Of a stretch of 64,000 nt of DNA, positions 19,420-30,950 are shown in pieces (positions within the stretch are counted from its first letter, which is position 1; every line of letters begins with the position of its first letter). This stretch comes from Centroscyllium fabricii (lineage: Eukaryota). The position numbers and the translations under genes were made by a program. Location: assembly GCA_051313645.2 (NCBI GenBank), contig JBNRSN020000354.1, positions 310,001 through 374,000 on the forward strand, written 5' to 3'. The notes below the pieces were generated by a model that saw only the letters and a program-made list of their open reading frames with translations, did no database searches and was not told the DNA's origin.

Positions 19420-20828
19420 TCAAAAAAGGTGGTAGTGAGAAAACGGGGAATTACAGACTGGTAAGCCCGACATCAGTAGTGGGGAAAATGCTAGAGTCCA
19501 TTATAAAAGTTGTAATAGCAGCGCACTTGGAAAACAGATCGGACAAAGTCAACATGGATTTACAAAAGGTAAATCGTGCTTGACCAATCTACTGGAATTT
19601 TTTGGGATGTAACTGGTAAAATAGATAAGGGATAACCACTGGATGTGGTTTATTTGGACTTTCAGAAGGCTTTCGATAAGGTCCCGCATAAGAGATTAGC
19701 GTGTAAAGTTAAAGCACATGGGATTGGGGGCAAGGTACTGACTTGGATGGAGAACTGGTTGGCAGACAGGAAGCAAAGAGTTGGAATAAACGGGTCTTTT
19801 TCCGAGTAGGGTACCGCAGGGATCGGTCCTTGGACCCCAGCTATTCACAATATATATTAATGATCTGGACGAGGGAACTAAATGTAATATCTCCAAGTTT
19901 ACAGATGACACAAAGCTGGGTGAGCGTGTGTGCTGTGAGGAGGATGCCGAGAAACTCCAGTATGATTTGGACAGGTTGGGTGATTGGGCAGAAGCATGGC
20001 AGATGCAATATAACGTGGATAAATGCAAGGTTATCCACTTTGGTGTCAAAAACAGGAAGGCAGATTATTATCTGAATGGCAATACATTGGGAGAAGGGGA
20101 AGTGCAATGAGACCTGGGTGTCCTCGTGCACCAGTCGCTGAAGGTAAGCATGCAGGTGCAGCAGGCGGTTAAGAAGACAAATGGTATGTTGGCCTTCGTA
20201 GCGAGAGGGTTTGAGTACAGGAACAAGGACGTCATGCTGCAGTTGTACAGGGCCTTGGTGAAACCACATCTTGAGTATTGTGTGCAGCTTTGGTCGCCTT
20301 ATCTGAGGAAGGATGTTCTTGCCATGGAGGGAGTGCAGCGAAGATTCACCAGGCCGACACCTGGGATGGCAGGAATGACGTATGAGGAGAGATTGGGTTG
20401 ATTGGGCTTATACTCGCTGGAGTTTAGAAGAATGAGAGGGGATCTCATTGAAACTTATAAAATTCTAACAGCACTAGACAGACTAGATGCAGGAAGGATG
20501 TTCCCGATGGTTGGGAGTCCAGAACCAGGTCTCACAGTCTAAGGATAAGGGGTAAGCCATTTAGGACTGAGATGATGAGGAATTTCTTCACCCAGAGAGT
20601 GGTGAACCTGTGAAATTCTCTACCACAGAATGTAGTAGAGGCCAATTTATTAAATATATTCAAGATGGAGTTAGATATATTTCTTAAGGCTAAAGGGATC
20701 AAGGGATATGGGAAGAAAGCAGGGACAGGGTACTGAATTTGGATGATCAGCCATGATCTCATTGAATGGCGGAGCAGGCTCGAGGGGCCGAATGGCCTAC
20801 TCCTGCTCCTATCTTCTATGTTTCTATG
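19420..20828 (+). mobile_element. Decayed CR1 LINE (RT region to 3' tail)
   Basis: Frameshifted fragments give DFQKAFDKV, F.DDTKL and LYRALVKPHLEYCVQLW, followed by the CTATGTTT tail. Confidence 0.9.
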
Positions 20829-21300
20829 CTGTCTCAGGCTTAAAACTGTAAGAATAGGCAGTGATTTGGCTGGTGGCATCGTTGCATTGCTGACTCGGTC
20901 TGTCTTGACACATATTTGTAAACCTCTGTCTGTGAGAAACCTTTAAAAAAAAACACATTATGGAAGCATGAGCAGGTTACTCCGGGCTCTTGCAGAAGCT
21001 GAATCTGCCTAAACGGTCCTATCTTCAAAGTGTACTGTGTCAGCATGATTTCGCAGAGTGCCGGATAATGCCTCATATCCTTAGTGGGCCAAGGATCAAA
21101 ATCAATACTTAGCCAATTTTCTTTTCCTTTCTCCAGTTCTCATTTGAAGCTGCTGACCCACGCTGGGGTTTGGTTCCATGGGTGCTAGGCACTCTCTTGT
21201 AGCTCCTCCAACTATTCATTTGTGAGCCTAGAAGGGCTGTTTGACCACGGGGAGGGGGGAAATCACAACCAAATTACAACCAAGTCCTGGGCTAATTTTT

Positions 21301-21637
21301 TTTTATTCGTTGATGGGATGTGGGCGTCGCTGGCTGGCTAGGGCATTAAGAGTCAACCACACTGCTGTGGGTCTTGAGTCACATGTAGGCCAGACCAGGT
21401 AAGGACGGCAGATTTCCTTCCCTAAAGGACATTAGTGAACCAGATGGGTTTTTGCAACAATCGACACTGGTATCATGGTCGCCATTACTAAGACGAACAT
21501 TTAATTCCAGAATTAAATTGAATTGAATTTAAATTCCACCAGCTGCCGTGGTGGGATTTGAACCCATATCCTCAGAGCATTTGACTGAGCCTCTGGCTTA
21601 CTAGTCTAGTGACATAACCACTACGCCACCGCCTCCC
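21301..21637 (-). mobile_element. tRNA-derived SINE (SacSINE/DeuSINE-like)
   Basis: Minus-strand head GGGAGGCGGTGGCGTAGTGG...GGTTCAAATCCC. The body is nearly identical to 26160-26370. Confidence 0.7.
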
Positions 21638-22355
21638 CCTAATGTCCACATAGACATATTTTCCAGCTGGTAATCACTGGATGCCAATCAGGATTGGGAG
21701 CAGGGGCTGACTTCCCTCTCTGTAGCCCGGGGGGTGGGGGAGGTGCTGATACCAATTGGTCGATTGGGCTTACACTCACTGGAGTTCAGAAGAATGAGAG
21801 GGGATCTCATTGAAACTTATAAAATTCTGACAGGTCTGGACAGACGAGATGCAGGAAGGATGTTCCCGACGGTCGGAGAGTCCAGAACCAGGGGTCACAG
21901 TCTAAGGATAAGGGGGAAGCCATTTAGGACAGAGATGAGGAAGAATTTCTTCACCCAGAGAGTGGTGAACCTATGGAATTCTCCAACACAGAATCGATTT
22001 ACAAAATGTAAATCGTGCTTGACTAATCTACTGGAATCTTTTGAGGATGTAACTGGTAAAATAGATAAGGGAGAACCAGGGGATGTCCTGTTAGAATTTT
22101 ATAAGTTTCAATGAGATCCCCTCTCATTCTTCTAAACTCCAGTGAGTATAAGCCCAATCGACCCAATCTTCTCCTCATACGTCATTCCTGCCATCCCAGG
22201 TATCAGTCTGGTGAATCTTTGCTGCACTCCCTCCATGGCAAGAACATCCTTCCTCAGATAGGGTGACCAAAACTGCACACAGTACTCAAGGTGTGGTCTC
22301 ACCAAGGCCCTGTACAACTGCAGCAAGACATCCTTGAACCCTCTCGCTACGAAGG

Positions 22356-24515
22356 GGAAATTACGACAGAGTTAGGCACGATTTAGCTAACACCAATTGG
22401 GAACGGGAACTTGCTGGGAGAGGAACGGAAGAAAAATGGAGAGTGTTCAGGGAGCAAATTATGAAAGCCCTGGATAAGCATGTCCCGAGTAGGCTGGGAA
22501 GCAAGGGTAAGAGGAGAGAACCATGGATCACGAAAGAGGTAGAACAATTAGTAAAAAAGAAGAAGAAGCATATGATAGAATGAGAAAACAGAGTACAGAA
22601 GGGGCGGGAAGGGAGTACAAAGAAGCAAGGAAAAATCTGAAGAATGGGCTAAGGAAGGCAAAGGGAGGGCATGAGAAGGCATTAGCGGGAAGGATAAAGG
22701 AGAACCCTAAGGCTTTCTATGCTTACGTGAGAAATAAAAGGATGACTAGGGTAAGAGTAGGGCCGATCAAAGACAGCAAGGGAGAAATGTGCACGGAGCC
22801 AGAGGAAATTGGGGAAGCACTAAATGAATATTTTGCGTCCGTGTTCACAAGGGAGAGGGAACTAAAAGTAGAGGGGGAGTTCAAGATACAAGGGGAAAGG
22901 ATGGGGGAAGTAAATATTCAGAGGGGGGAGGTATTAGATATTTTGGAGAAACTGAAGGTAGACAAATCTCCTGGGCCGGACGGGATATATCCAAGGATTC
23001 TCTGGGAGGCGAGGAACGAAATCGCAGAGCCACTGACCTCTATCTTTAGATCATCGCTATCCTCGGGGATAGTCCCTAAGGACTGGAGAGAGGCGAATGT
23101 GGCTCCCGTATTTAAAAAGGGGAGCAGGGACGTGCCAGGGAACTACAGACCAGTCAGCCTCACCTCAGTGGTCGGAAAGGTGATGGAAAGGGTCCTGAGG
23201 GACAGGATCTCCGACCATCTAGAAAGGGGCGAATTAATCAGAAGCAGTCAGCACGGATTCGTTAAGGGCAAATCGTGCCTGACCAACCTGATTGAATTCT
23301 TTGAAGAGGTGACCAAGAGTGTGGACGAGGGAAAGGCGGTTGATGTCATATATATGGACTTCAGCAAGGCGTTCGACAAGGTCCCGCACGGTCGGCTCAT
23401 GAGGAAAGTAAGGAGTTGTGGGGTAACCAACAAAGTGGTGGGATGGATTGAGAACTGGCTGGCTCAGAGGAAGCAGAGGGTAGTGGTAGAAGGCCAATAC
23501 TCGGGCTGGAGACCGGTCACCAGTGGGGTACCACAGGGGTCGGTGTTGGGGCCACTATTGTTTGTAATCTTCATCAATGACTTGGAGGAGGGGACTGAGG
23601 GGTGGGTCAGCAAATTTGCGGATGACACAAAGATTGGGGGAGAAGTGGATGAGGAGGAAGGAAGTAGAAAGATTCAGAGGGATATAGATAGGATGCAGAG
23701 CTGGGCTGAAGAATGGCAAATGGAGTTCAACACAGGGAAATGCGAGGTGATGCACTTCGGTAGGGCAAATAGGAAGAGGGAATATAGGGTCAACGGCAGG
23801 GTCCTGAGTGAAGCAGAGGAGCAAAGGGATCTGGGAGTATATGTACACAGATCACTGAAGGCTGCCACCCAGGTGGACAAGGCAGTAAAAAATGCCTATG
23901 GTGTATTGGCCTTCATCAACAGGGGAATAGAGTTTAAGAACCGGGAGGTCATGCTGCAGCTGTACAGGTCACTGGTGAGACCACACGTGGAGTACTGTGT
24001 GCAGTTCTGGGCACCGTACTACAGGAGGGATGTGGAGGCGCTGGAGAGAGTGCAGAGGAGATTCACCAGGATGCTGCCGGGAATGGGGGGAAAGTCATAC
24101 GAGGAACGGTTAAGGGAACTGGGACTCTTCTCCCTGGAACGGAGAAGGAAGAGGGGGGACTTGATAGAGATGTTTAAAATGATGAAGGGGATCGATAGAG
24201 TAAACGTGCAAAGACTGTTTCCCCGGGCGGGAAGAACGACAACAAGAGGACACGAGCACAAGATTCAAGGAGGAAGATTCAGAAGGGATGGCAGGGGCAA
24301 GTTCTTTACACAGAGAGTGGTCGGGGAATGGAATAGGCTACCATCTGAAATAGTGGATGCGGACAGTCTGGGTGCTTTTAAAAGGATGATAGACAGGTAC
24401 ATGGAGGGGAAGGAACAGTAGGGGGGACAGGAAAAATCAGAGACGGACTAAGGGCGGCACTACATTGAGGGCCCAAGGGCCTGTAAAGTGCTGTATGTTC
24501 TATGTTCTATGTTCT
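22356..24515 (+). mobile_element. Young 5'-truncated CR1 LINE of a distinct subfamily
   Basis: Inserted into an antisense CR1. Short 3' UTR with a (TATGTTC)3 tail. Confidence 0.9.
22523..24421 (+). CDS. CR1 ORF2 remnant with complete RT domain, 632 aa
   Basis: KSPGPDG, NYRPVSLTS, DFSKAFDKV, GVPQGSVLGPLLF and FADD motifs. No endonuclease domain, and a frameshift near the start. Confidence 0.85.
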   Translation: MDHERGRTISKKEEEAYDRMRKQSTEGAGREYKEARKNLKNGLRKAKGGHEKALAGRIKENPKAFYAYVRNKRMTRVRVGPIKDSKGEMCTEPEEIGEALNEYFASVFTRERELKVEGEFKIQGERMGEVNIQRGEVLDILEKLKVDKSPGPDGIYPRILWEARNEIAEPLTSIFRSSLSSGIVPKDWREANVAPVFKKGSRDVPGNYRPVSLTSVVGKVMERVLRDRISDHLERGELIRSSQHGFVKGKSCLTNLIEFFEEVTKSVDEGKAVDVIYMDFSKAFDKVPHGRLMRKVRSCGVTNKVVGWIENWLAQRKQRVVVEGQYSGWRPVTSGVPQGSVLGPLLFVIFINDLEEGTEGWVSKFADDTKIGGEVDEEEGSRKIQRDIDRMQSWAEEWQMEFNTGKCEVMHFGRANRKREYRVNGRVLSEAEEQRDLGVYVHRSLKAATQVDKAVKNAYGVLAFINRGIEFKNREVMLQLYRSLVRPHVEYCVQFWAPYYRRDVEALERVQRRFTRMLPGMGGKSYEERLRELGLFSLERRRKRGDLIEMFKMMKGIDRVNVQRLFPRAGRTTTRGHEHKIQGGRFRRDGRGKFFTQRVVGEWNRLPSEIVDADSLGAFKRMIDRYMEGKEQ

Positions 24516-25221
24516 ATACCATTTGCCTTCTTAACCGCCTGCTGCACCTGCATGCTTACCTTCAGCGACTGGTGCACAAGGACACCCAGGTCTCATTGCA
24601 CTTCCCCTTCTCCCAATCTATTGCCATTCAGATAATTTTCTGCCTTTCTGTTTTTGACACCAAAGTGGATAACCTCGCATTTATCCACGTTATATTGCAT
24701 CTGCCACTCACCCAACCTGTCCAAATCATCTTGGAGTTTCTTGGTATCCTCCTCGCAGTACACACGCCCACCTAGCTTTGTGTCGTCTGGGAGGCGCTGA
24801 TACCAATTGGTACGCCCCATTTGCGGCCCCGGCTGATATCAGCTAACTCGGCATAGGCCAAGGATCGGTCCTGGTACTTCTGATTCGCGTGGCTTAGGAC
24901 TTCACCGTGAAGTGTCTTTGCTCATTGGACAAGTGGGAGTGGGAAGGGAAGGGGCTACAGCAAGCTATTCCAACAGTGAAGGGCATCACAAGCCAAGCCC
25001 AATACTGTCTTTGTGTAACATCCACAAAATGGACTGTCCAGCAGGATCAGCTCACGATCAGGAACAGGATGCCTGGCTGGATTTCCCCCCCTCGCCGGCC
25101 CTTAGCCGTGGGGCACTAACGCCAATTGTCGACCATTACTATCATTCCAGCTGAGATCAGTTAACTCAGCACCGATCAATGCCAGAACCCTCCGAATCTC
25201 TGTATTTCAGTACGACACCAT

Positions 25222-25959
25222 GGGGGACAGATTCGGTGGCTTGCGCCAGCTGTTAGCGCCCTAAGAGGGCTGCTAATTGGGCGCAAGCCTGGCCTGGCGC
25301 CTCCCATGATATTCAGTGGGGCGCTGGTGGGGGTGGTAGCCGATAGCGCCCCGCGGCTCCACGCCGCCGGGGATGACGTCATCGGAGTGCGCAGTGCCCA
25401 GGCCGCGAACCTCAGTCGCGCCCGCTGCTGTACCGCCTGACGCTGCCCACGACAGCTTCAGGCTGTCGTACTTGCAGCAAAGGAGCGATATTTAAAGTGA
25501 AGGGTGCCGGGCGGCCATTTTTCTTGCTGGCCGACTGCCAGCACCTTCCCCCTCTGCCGTCCCCGGCCTTCCCCGATGCCCCCCCCCCTCGGTGTGCTGC
25601 CTTTGCTCCGTCAGCCCGGCACTTCCCTCGAGTGCCGGGCTCCTTCGGCGGCATCGCGTCCCACGGCGGCCCAACGGAGCTCCGGCCGGAACCGCGCTAG
25701 GCCACTCCCCTTTAATCAGGGGAGGAAGGCCTGCAGTACCGCGGCGCGACGCTCTGCATAGCGTGGCGCTTCAGCCCACAGCGCCGGATATTCAGTTGTA
25801 ACACCTAAAGAACGAGGTCGGGTGCCTGCAGTAGCGCCCGACCTCTTACTTTGGGCGCTGCAACCAAATTTCCTGAGGTATGGCGCGTTAGCCGGGCGCT
25901 AAAAGTAGCGCACCGCCGAGGTTGGCGCCCAAAAATGGGTGCCACCAAATTTTTCCCCC
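25222..25959. mobile_element. PIF/Harbinger-like MITE
   Basis: 19-bp TIR GGGGGACAGATTCGGTGGC vs GGGGGAAAAATTTGGTGGC (3 mismatches), 3-bp TSD CAT (25219-25221, 25960-25962), and a CpG-rich interior with repeated GCGCC. Confidence 0.65.
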
Positions 25960-25969
25960 CATGTGCTGC

Positions 25970-26370
25970 ATTTTATTCGTTGATGGGATGTGGGCGTTGC
26001 TGGCTGGCTAGGCCTGCATTTAGTGCCCATCCCTAATTGCCCATGAGAAGATGGTGGTGAGCCGCCTTCTTGAACCGCTGCAGTCCATATGGTGTAGGTA
26101 CACCCACAATGTTGCGTAGTGGTTGTTTACAACTGAGTGGCTTTCTGGGCCATTTCAGAGGGCATTAAGAGTCAACCACATTGCTGTGGGTCTGGAGTCA
26201 CATGTAGGCCAGACCAGGTAAGGACGGCAGATTTCCTTCCCTAAAGGACATTAGTGAACCAGATGGGTTTTTGCAACAATCGACACTGGTATCATGGCCG
26301 CCATTACTAAGACGAACATTTAATTCCAGAATTAAATTGAATTGAATTTAAATTCCACCAGCTGCCGTGG
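25970..26370 (-). mobile_element. SacSINE/DeuSINE-like SINE, second copy lacking the head
   Basis: Homologous to 21301-21550 but retains a segment that is deleted in that copy. Confidence 0.7.
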
Positions 26371-26972
26371 TACTAGGGGAGAGCTATTTTGATTGTAAGT
26401 GCACTTACAATGGCTGCCACTTACTACCTGTATATGCAGACTGGAGCAGAATAAAACATAGAAATGAATCCATTACCCCTTTTCCTTCAGTACAAGTGGG
26501 TTTTGTGTTGTACGTAGGGAACTGCTGTTACTGAACTGTAATTGGATATATAAACCGATGTACAAGGCCACAGTCATGTTGCACTGTACCAGTAATAGTG
26601 TAGATGTAAAGATGATAAAGCTAGAGATGTAAAGTTCTTATGCACCAATGTACCAACCTCCCGACCTCTCTAGCAAGTTTTAAATCACTTTGGGATATTG
26701 TCACTACGAAGTGACTCGAGAGGTTCAAACTGGGAGGTGTTGGGCGCTGTATCACATTGGTGGCATATGGTGTTCGGGCATGGATTCATGCCCGTAATTC
26801 CAACATGGTAAGTTCCAGATCTTTGCCATGCCATGGGAAAGGCAATGATCACCGTAGAATGATACAACACAGAAACAGGCCATTCAGCCCATTATATATG
26901 TTCCGATGTTTTTTCCTCATGAGCCACCTAATCTAATCCCAATCTCCCGCTCACTCCCCATGCCCGTTAATA

Positions 26973-27045
26973 CAGGTTGAGCACCGGTAATCCGGCACCC
27001 TCGGGACCAACCCGGTGCCGGACCACTGAACATTCCGAACCACTG
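26973..27045. mobile_element. Left end of the pogo-type MITE family
   Basis: TA|CAGGTTGAGCACCGGTAATCCGGCAC is the reverse complement of the end at 1140-1163. Confidence 0.55.
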
Positions 27046-27299
27046 AAGGTTGAAGAAGGGGTCGAAAACTGACTGATTAGCAGAGCTACCTTGAGTGAGG
27101 GAATGGCAGAGATAATTGATGGGGCTGAATTTATGGTCAGAGGCTTCCCGCGGGGAAATGCCACCGATCCACAAATAAACTGCCCGCCTACCTGGTGGTC
27201 CGGGAGGTACGTAGATTCGCGGTCCTGGCACTCTCCGGTGCTGGCGGGTAAAGGCCCGCGTATCCCGGGGTGCTGGCGGCTAGAGGCCCGCTTATTGCA

Positions 27300-30200
27300 G
27301 GGTGCTGGCGAACTGCCTGACCAGAACGCGCAAACCGCGGCCGCCCCGGGTCCAGCTGCCGAACCGCTGTGGAACTTCAGCCTCCCCGCCTTCTGGGAAC
27401 ACCAAGCGGCCGCTTGGTTCCTCCAGGCGGAGGCCCAATTCGAGCTCCGGCGACTCAACAACGATGCCGACCGCTACCTCCTCGTCGTGGCAGCCCTGCC
27501 CAGCCACGTCACTGCGGACATTGTTGATCTACTGCGGCTACCGCCATGCGATAACAGGTACGGGGCCTTGAAAGAACGCCTGCTATAGGCCCACGACCTG
27601 CCTGAGGATGTGCGGGTCCGGCAGCTCCTCGAACTTTCGGGACTGGGTGACTCTACCCCCACGCGCCTTATAAATCGTATGCTGGCCCTCCTCGGCGACC
27701 ACAGAAACTGCCCCTTATTTCGGGCGCTGTTCATTAGCATGTTGCCACAGCCGGTGCAAACAGCCTTGGCTAACTCAGAAGGCCTAACCTACGCAGAGTT
27801 GGCCATTGCGGCAGACCGCATCCAACTCTGTGCGACTGCGGATTGCGCAGCCACGAGGCTCTCTCCACCCACGTGCAGGCCTACACCACAACCGCAGACG
27901 GGCCTCTGCTACTACCATGCCCGGTTTGGCCCGCAGGCCCAGCGCTGCAGACCGCCTTGCTCCTTCGTGCCCAAACAAGCTGCTGCAGCACCATGCCGCC
28001 AACAAGGCCTAGCCGCTGCCAACGCCGTCGGCGCAGCAGGAAAGCTGCTTTTCATCACGGACTCTCCGGGCGCAGATTCCTCTGCGACACTGGAGCCCAA
28101 TGCAGCATCCTCCCGGCCACACAACTCGACCGACAGGCCGGCCACACCGGTCTACCCCTCGTCGCGGTCAACGGCACTGCCATCACCACCTTTGGTAAAC
28201 GCCAGAGATATGCCTCGGCGGCCAGAGGTTCAATGGGACTTTGTCACAGCCGCAGTGGAACAACCACTGCTCGGTGCCGATTTTTTGTGTGCCCACGGCC
28301 TACTCGTGGACGTCTGAGGTAGGCGCCTCATGGACGCTTCAACTTTCGCCTCCCTGCCCTGCCAACGGAGCAACAGCCAGACCCTCGTGAGCTCCTGCTC
28401 TTCTCCGCCCTGCGACAAATATGCAAGGCTACTGGGTGAGTGCCCCGGCATCACGCAACCGACGTTTTCGGCAGTGGCGGCCAAGCACGGCGTCCAGCAC
28501 CACATCAGCACTACGGGCCCGCCGGTTTTCGCCCGAGCCAGGCGCCTGGACCCACCAAAATGGCGGTGGCCAAGGAGGAGTTCTCAGCGATGGAGAAGCT
28601 GGGAATCATCCGCCCCTCCAACAGCCCATGGTCGTCCCCGCTCCACATCGTCCACAAACCCGGTGGCGGATGGCGCCCATGCGGCGACTACAGACGCCAC
28701 TACGCCGGACAGGTACCCGGTACCACATATTCAAGACTTTTCGGCGCACCTGGTGGGCAAGTCGATCTTTTCCAAGGTCGACGTCATCAGGGGATACCAC
28801 CAGGTTCCGGTCCATCCAGACGACATCCTGAAGACGACGGTTATCACCCCTTTCGGAATCTTTGAATTTCTCCGCATGCCCTTCGCGTTAAAAAATGCGC
28901 GCAGGTTTTCCAACGCCTAATGGACTCTGTCCTTCGGGACTTGGACTTTTTGTATGTGTATCTGGATGATATATTGGTTGCGAGCGCGAACGAGTCGGAA
29001 ATGTCGTGCATTTGCGTTCCCTCTTTCAGAGATTGGCCCATCATGGCCTAATTATTAATCCGGTGAAGTGCCAATTCGGCCGAGCCGAGATCGATTTTTT
29101 AGGGCACCACATCTCCACCGCCGGAGCCGTTCCGTTGCCGGCTACGGTGCAAGCGGTCACGGATTTTCCCCGGCCCAACTCGGTTAAGGCGCTCCAGGAA
29201 TTTCTGGGGATGATAAATTTCTACCACCGTTTCCTCCCCAACGCCGCCGCCATCATGCGCCCCATTGTACGGGGCCACCAGGGGCAAGACCGGCAAGGAC
29301 AATTTGTCCTGGACGGCCGACATGGCCAAGGCCTTTAGCCTAGCCAAGGCAGCCTTGGCGGAAGCCACCCTTTTGGCCCATCCCATCCCAGGCGCTCCCC
29401 TGGCACTCACCACCGACGCCTCGGACCACGCCATAGGCGCCGTGCAGCAACAATGGGTGGACGGTGCCTGGCAGCCCCTCGCATTTTTTAGCCGCCAACT
29501 GCGGAAAAACGAGCTCGCCTACAACACCTTCGATCGGGAGCTGCTGGCTCTTTTTCTCGCGGTGCGACATTTTCGTTTCCTGCTGGAGGGCCGCCCGTTC
29601 ACCGCCTAACGTGGACTATAAACCCCTCATTTTCGCCATGGCCAAGGTCACGGAACCATGGTCTGGGCGCCAACAGCGCCACCTAAATTTCATTTCGGAA
29701 TTTGCCACCGACATCCGCCACGCGTCCGGCAAGGACAATGTCGTAGCCGACTGCCTCTCCCGGCCTTCCCTCCACACTGTCCAGGTCGGTGTCGACTACG
29801 CGGACATGGCGCAGGCTCAGCGGGCAGACGCTGAACTGCAGTCTCTTTGTTCTGCGCCCATCGGCCTGACCCTGGCAGACATTCATTTCCAGGCAGCCGG
29901 CACGACACTCTTATGTGCCACTTCCGTGGCCCACCCCAGGCCGTTAGTCCCCACCTCGTGGCGCAGGCGTATTTTCGATCTGGTCCATGGTCTTTCCCAT
30001 CCGGGCATGCGAGCTTCCCAGAAGCTGATGTACTCCAAATTTGTGTGGCCCGGCCTGCACAAGGACGTGAGGGACTGGACCAACACCTGTCCCGATTGCC
30101 AGCGCGCCAAGGTGCACCAACACACCAAGGCCCCCCTGCAACAAGTCCTGGTCCCCGAGCGCAGGTTTGACCACGTCCACGTAGATTTGGTCGGCCCCTT

Positions 30201-30950
30201 ACCCCCCTCGCAGGGATTCACGCACCTCCTCACCATCGTCGACCGCACCACCAGGTGGCCGGAGGTCGTATCCCTGTCCTTCACTACCACGGCCGATGTG
30301 GCACGCGCCTTCATCTTTGCCTGGGTAGCCCGGTTCGGGGTCCCATTGGACATAACCTCCGACAGGGGCCCGCAGTTCACCTTCCAACTGTGGGGCGCCA
30401 TCGCCGCAGGCCTGGGGACTTAGTTGCACCGCACTACGGCCTACCACCCCCAGGCCAACGGTTTATGCGAACGCTTCCACCGCGCCCTCAAGGCCTCGTT
30501 CCGCGCCAGCTTGGCCGACGCCAACTGGCTCGACAGACTCCCTTGGGTCCTGCTCGGATTGCGATCGGCACCTAAAGACGACCTCGGCGTGTCTTCGGCC
30601 GAACTCGTCCTAGGACAGCCCCTGCGCATCCTCGGGGAGTACCTTCCCTCTGTCAATGAGGGTTGGTCAGCAGCCGAACAGCTGGCTCGACACAACAACA
30701 CCGTCCATCGTTTTCTCCCCATGCCCACCGTGTTACACGGGGTACGGTCTTCCCACATGCCCATCGAGCTCCGCCAGGCCCAGTTCATGTTCGTTCACCG
30801 CGACGCACACAGGCCACCCTTACAGGCGCCGTACACAGGCCCCTTCCGCGTCCTGGAAGCGGGTGACAAGGCTTTCCTCCTCGCGGTCGGTGGTAGAGGG
30901 GACCTCGTTTCCATTGACAGGCTCAAAGCGGCCCACTTGGATCCCACTTG
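27300..30950 (+). pseudogene. Decayed Gypsy internal region (gag-pol, CsRn1-like), no LTRs seen
   Basis: Gag LPAFW...AWFLQAEAQF, CYYHARFG..A.RC..PC, DTGA protease, [13 protein letters not shown], RNase H TTDAS and integrase HVDLVGP/SDRG/CERFH, spread across several frames with stops. Confidence 0.9.

Larger units (their letters stand above)
21761..24788. mobile_element. Rearranged CR1 block bounded by a 23-bp duplication
   Basis: Plus-strand pieces 21761-22086 and minus-strand pieces 22088-22355 and 24516-24788, flanked by GGGAGG(T/C)GCTGATACCAATTGGT at 21738-21760 and 24789-24811. Confidence 0.65.

Noticed and set aside
24815-25190. CTGA(G/T)ATCAG(C/T)TAACTC(A/G)GCA motifs at ~24833 and ~25151
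   Set aside because: Probably remnants of an old SINE, but too decayed to delimit or name.
25222-25959. CpG island or second promoter
   Set aside because: It is bounded by TIRs and a TSD, so it is better explained as a MITE.
26480-26545. Acceptor-like sites (CCTTTTCCTTCAG, TACGTAG|GGAACTGCTGTT) as kinase exon 2
   Set aside because: The translation does not give GATAVVQAA...VAIKRINLEKC.
27130-27143. ATGGTCAGAG match to the satellite upstream of Gypsy 3
   Set aside because: Only about 10 bp inside an unrelated repeat, which is compatible with chance.
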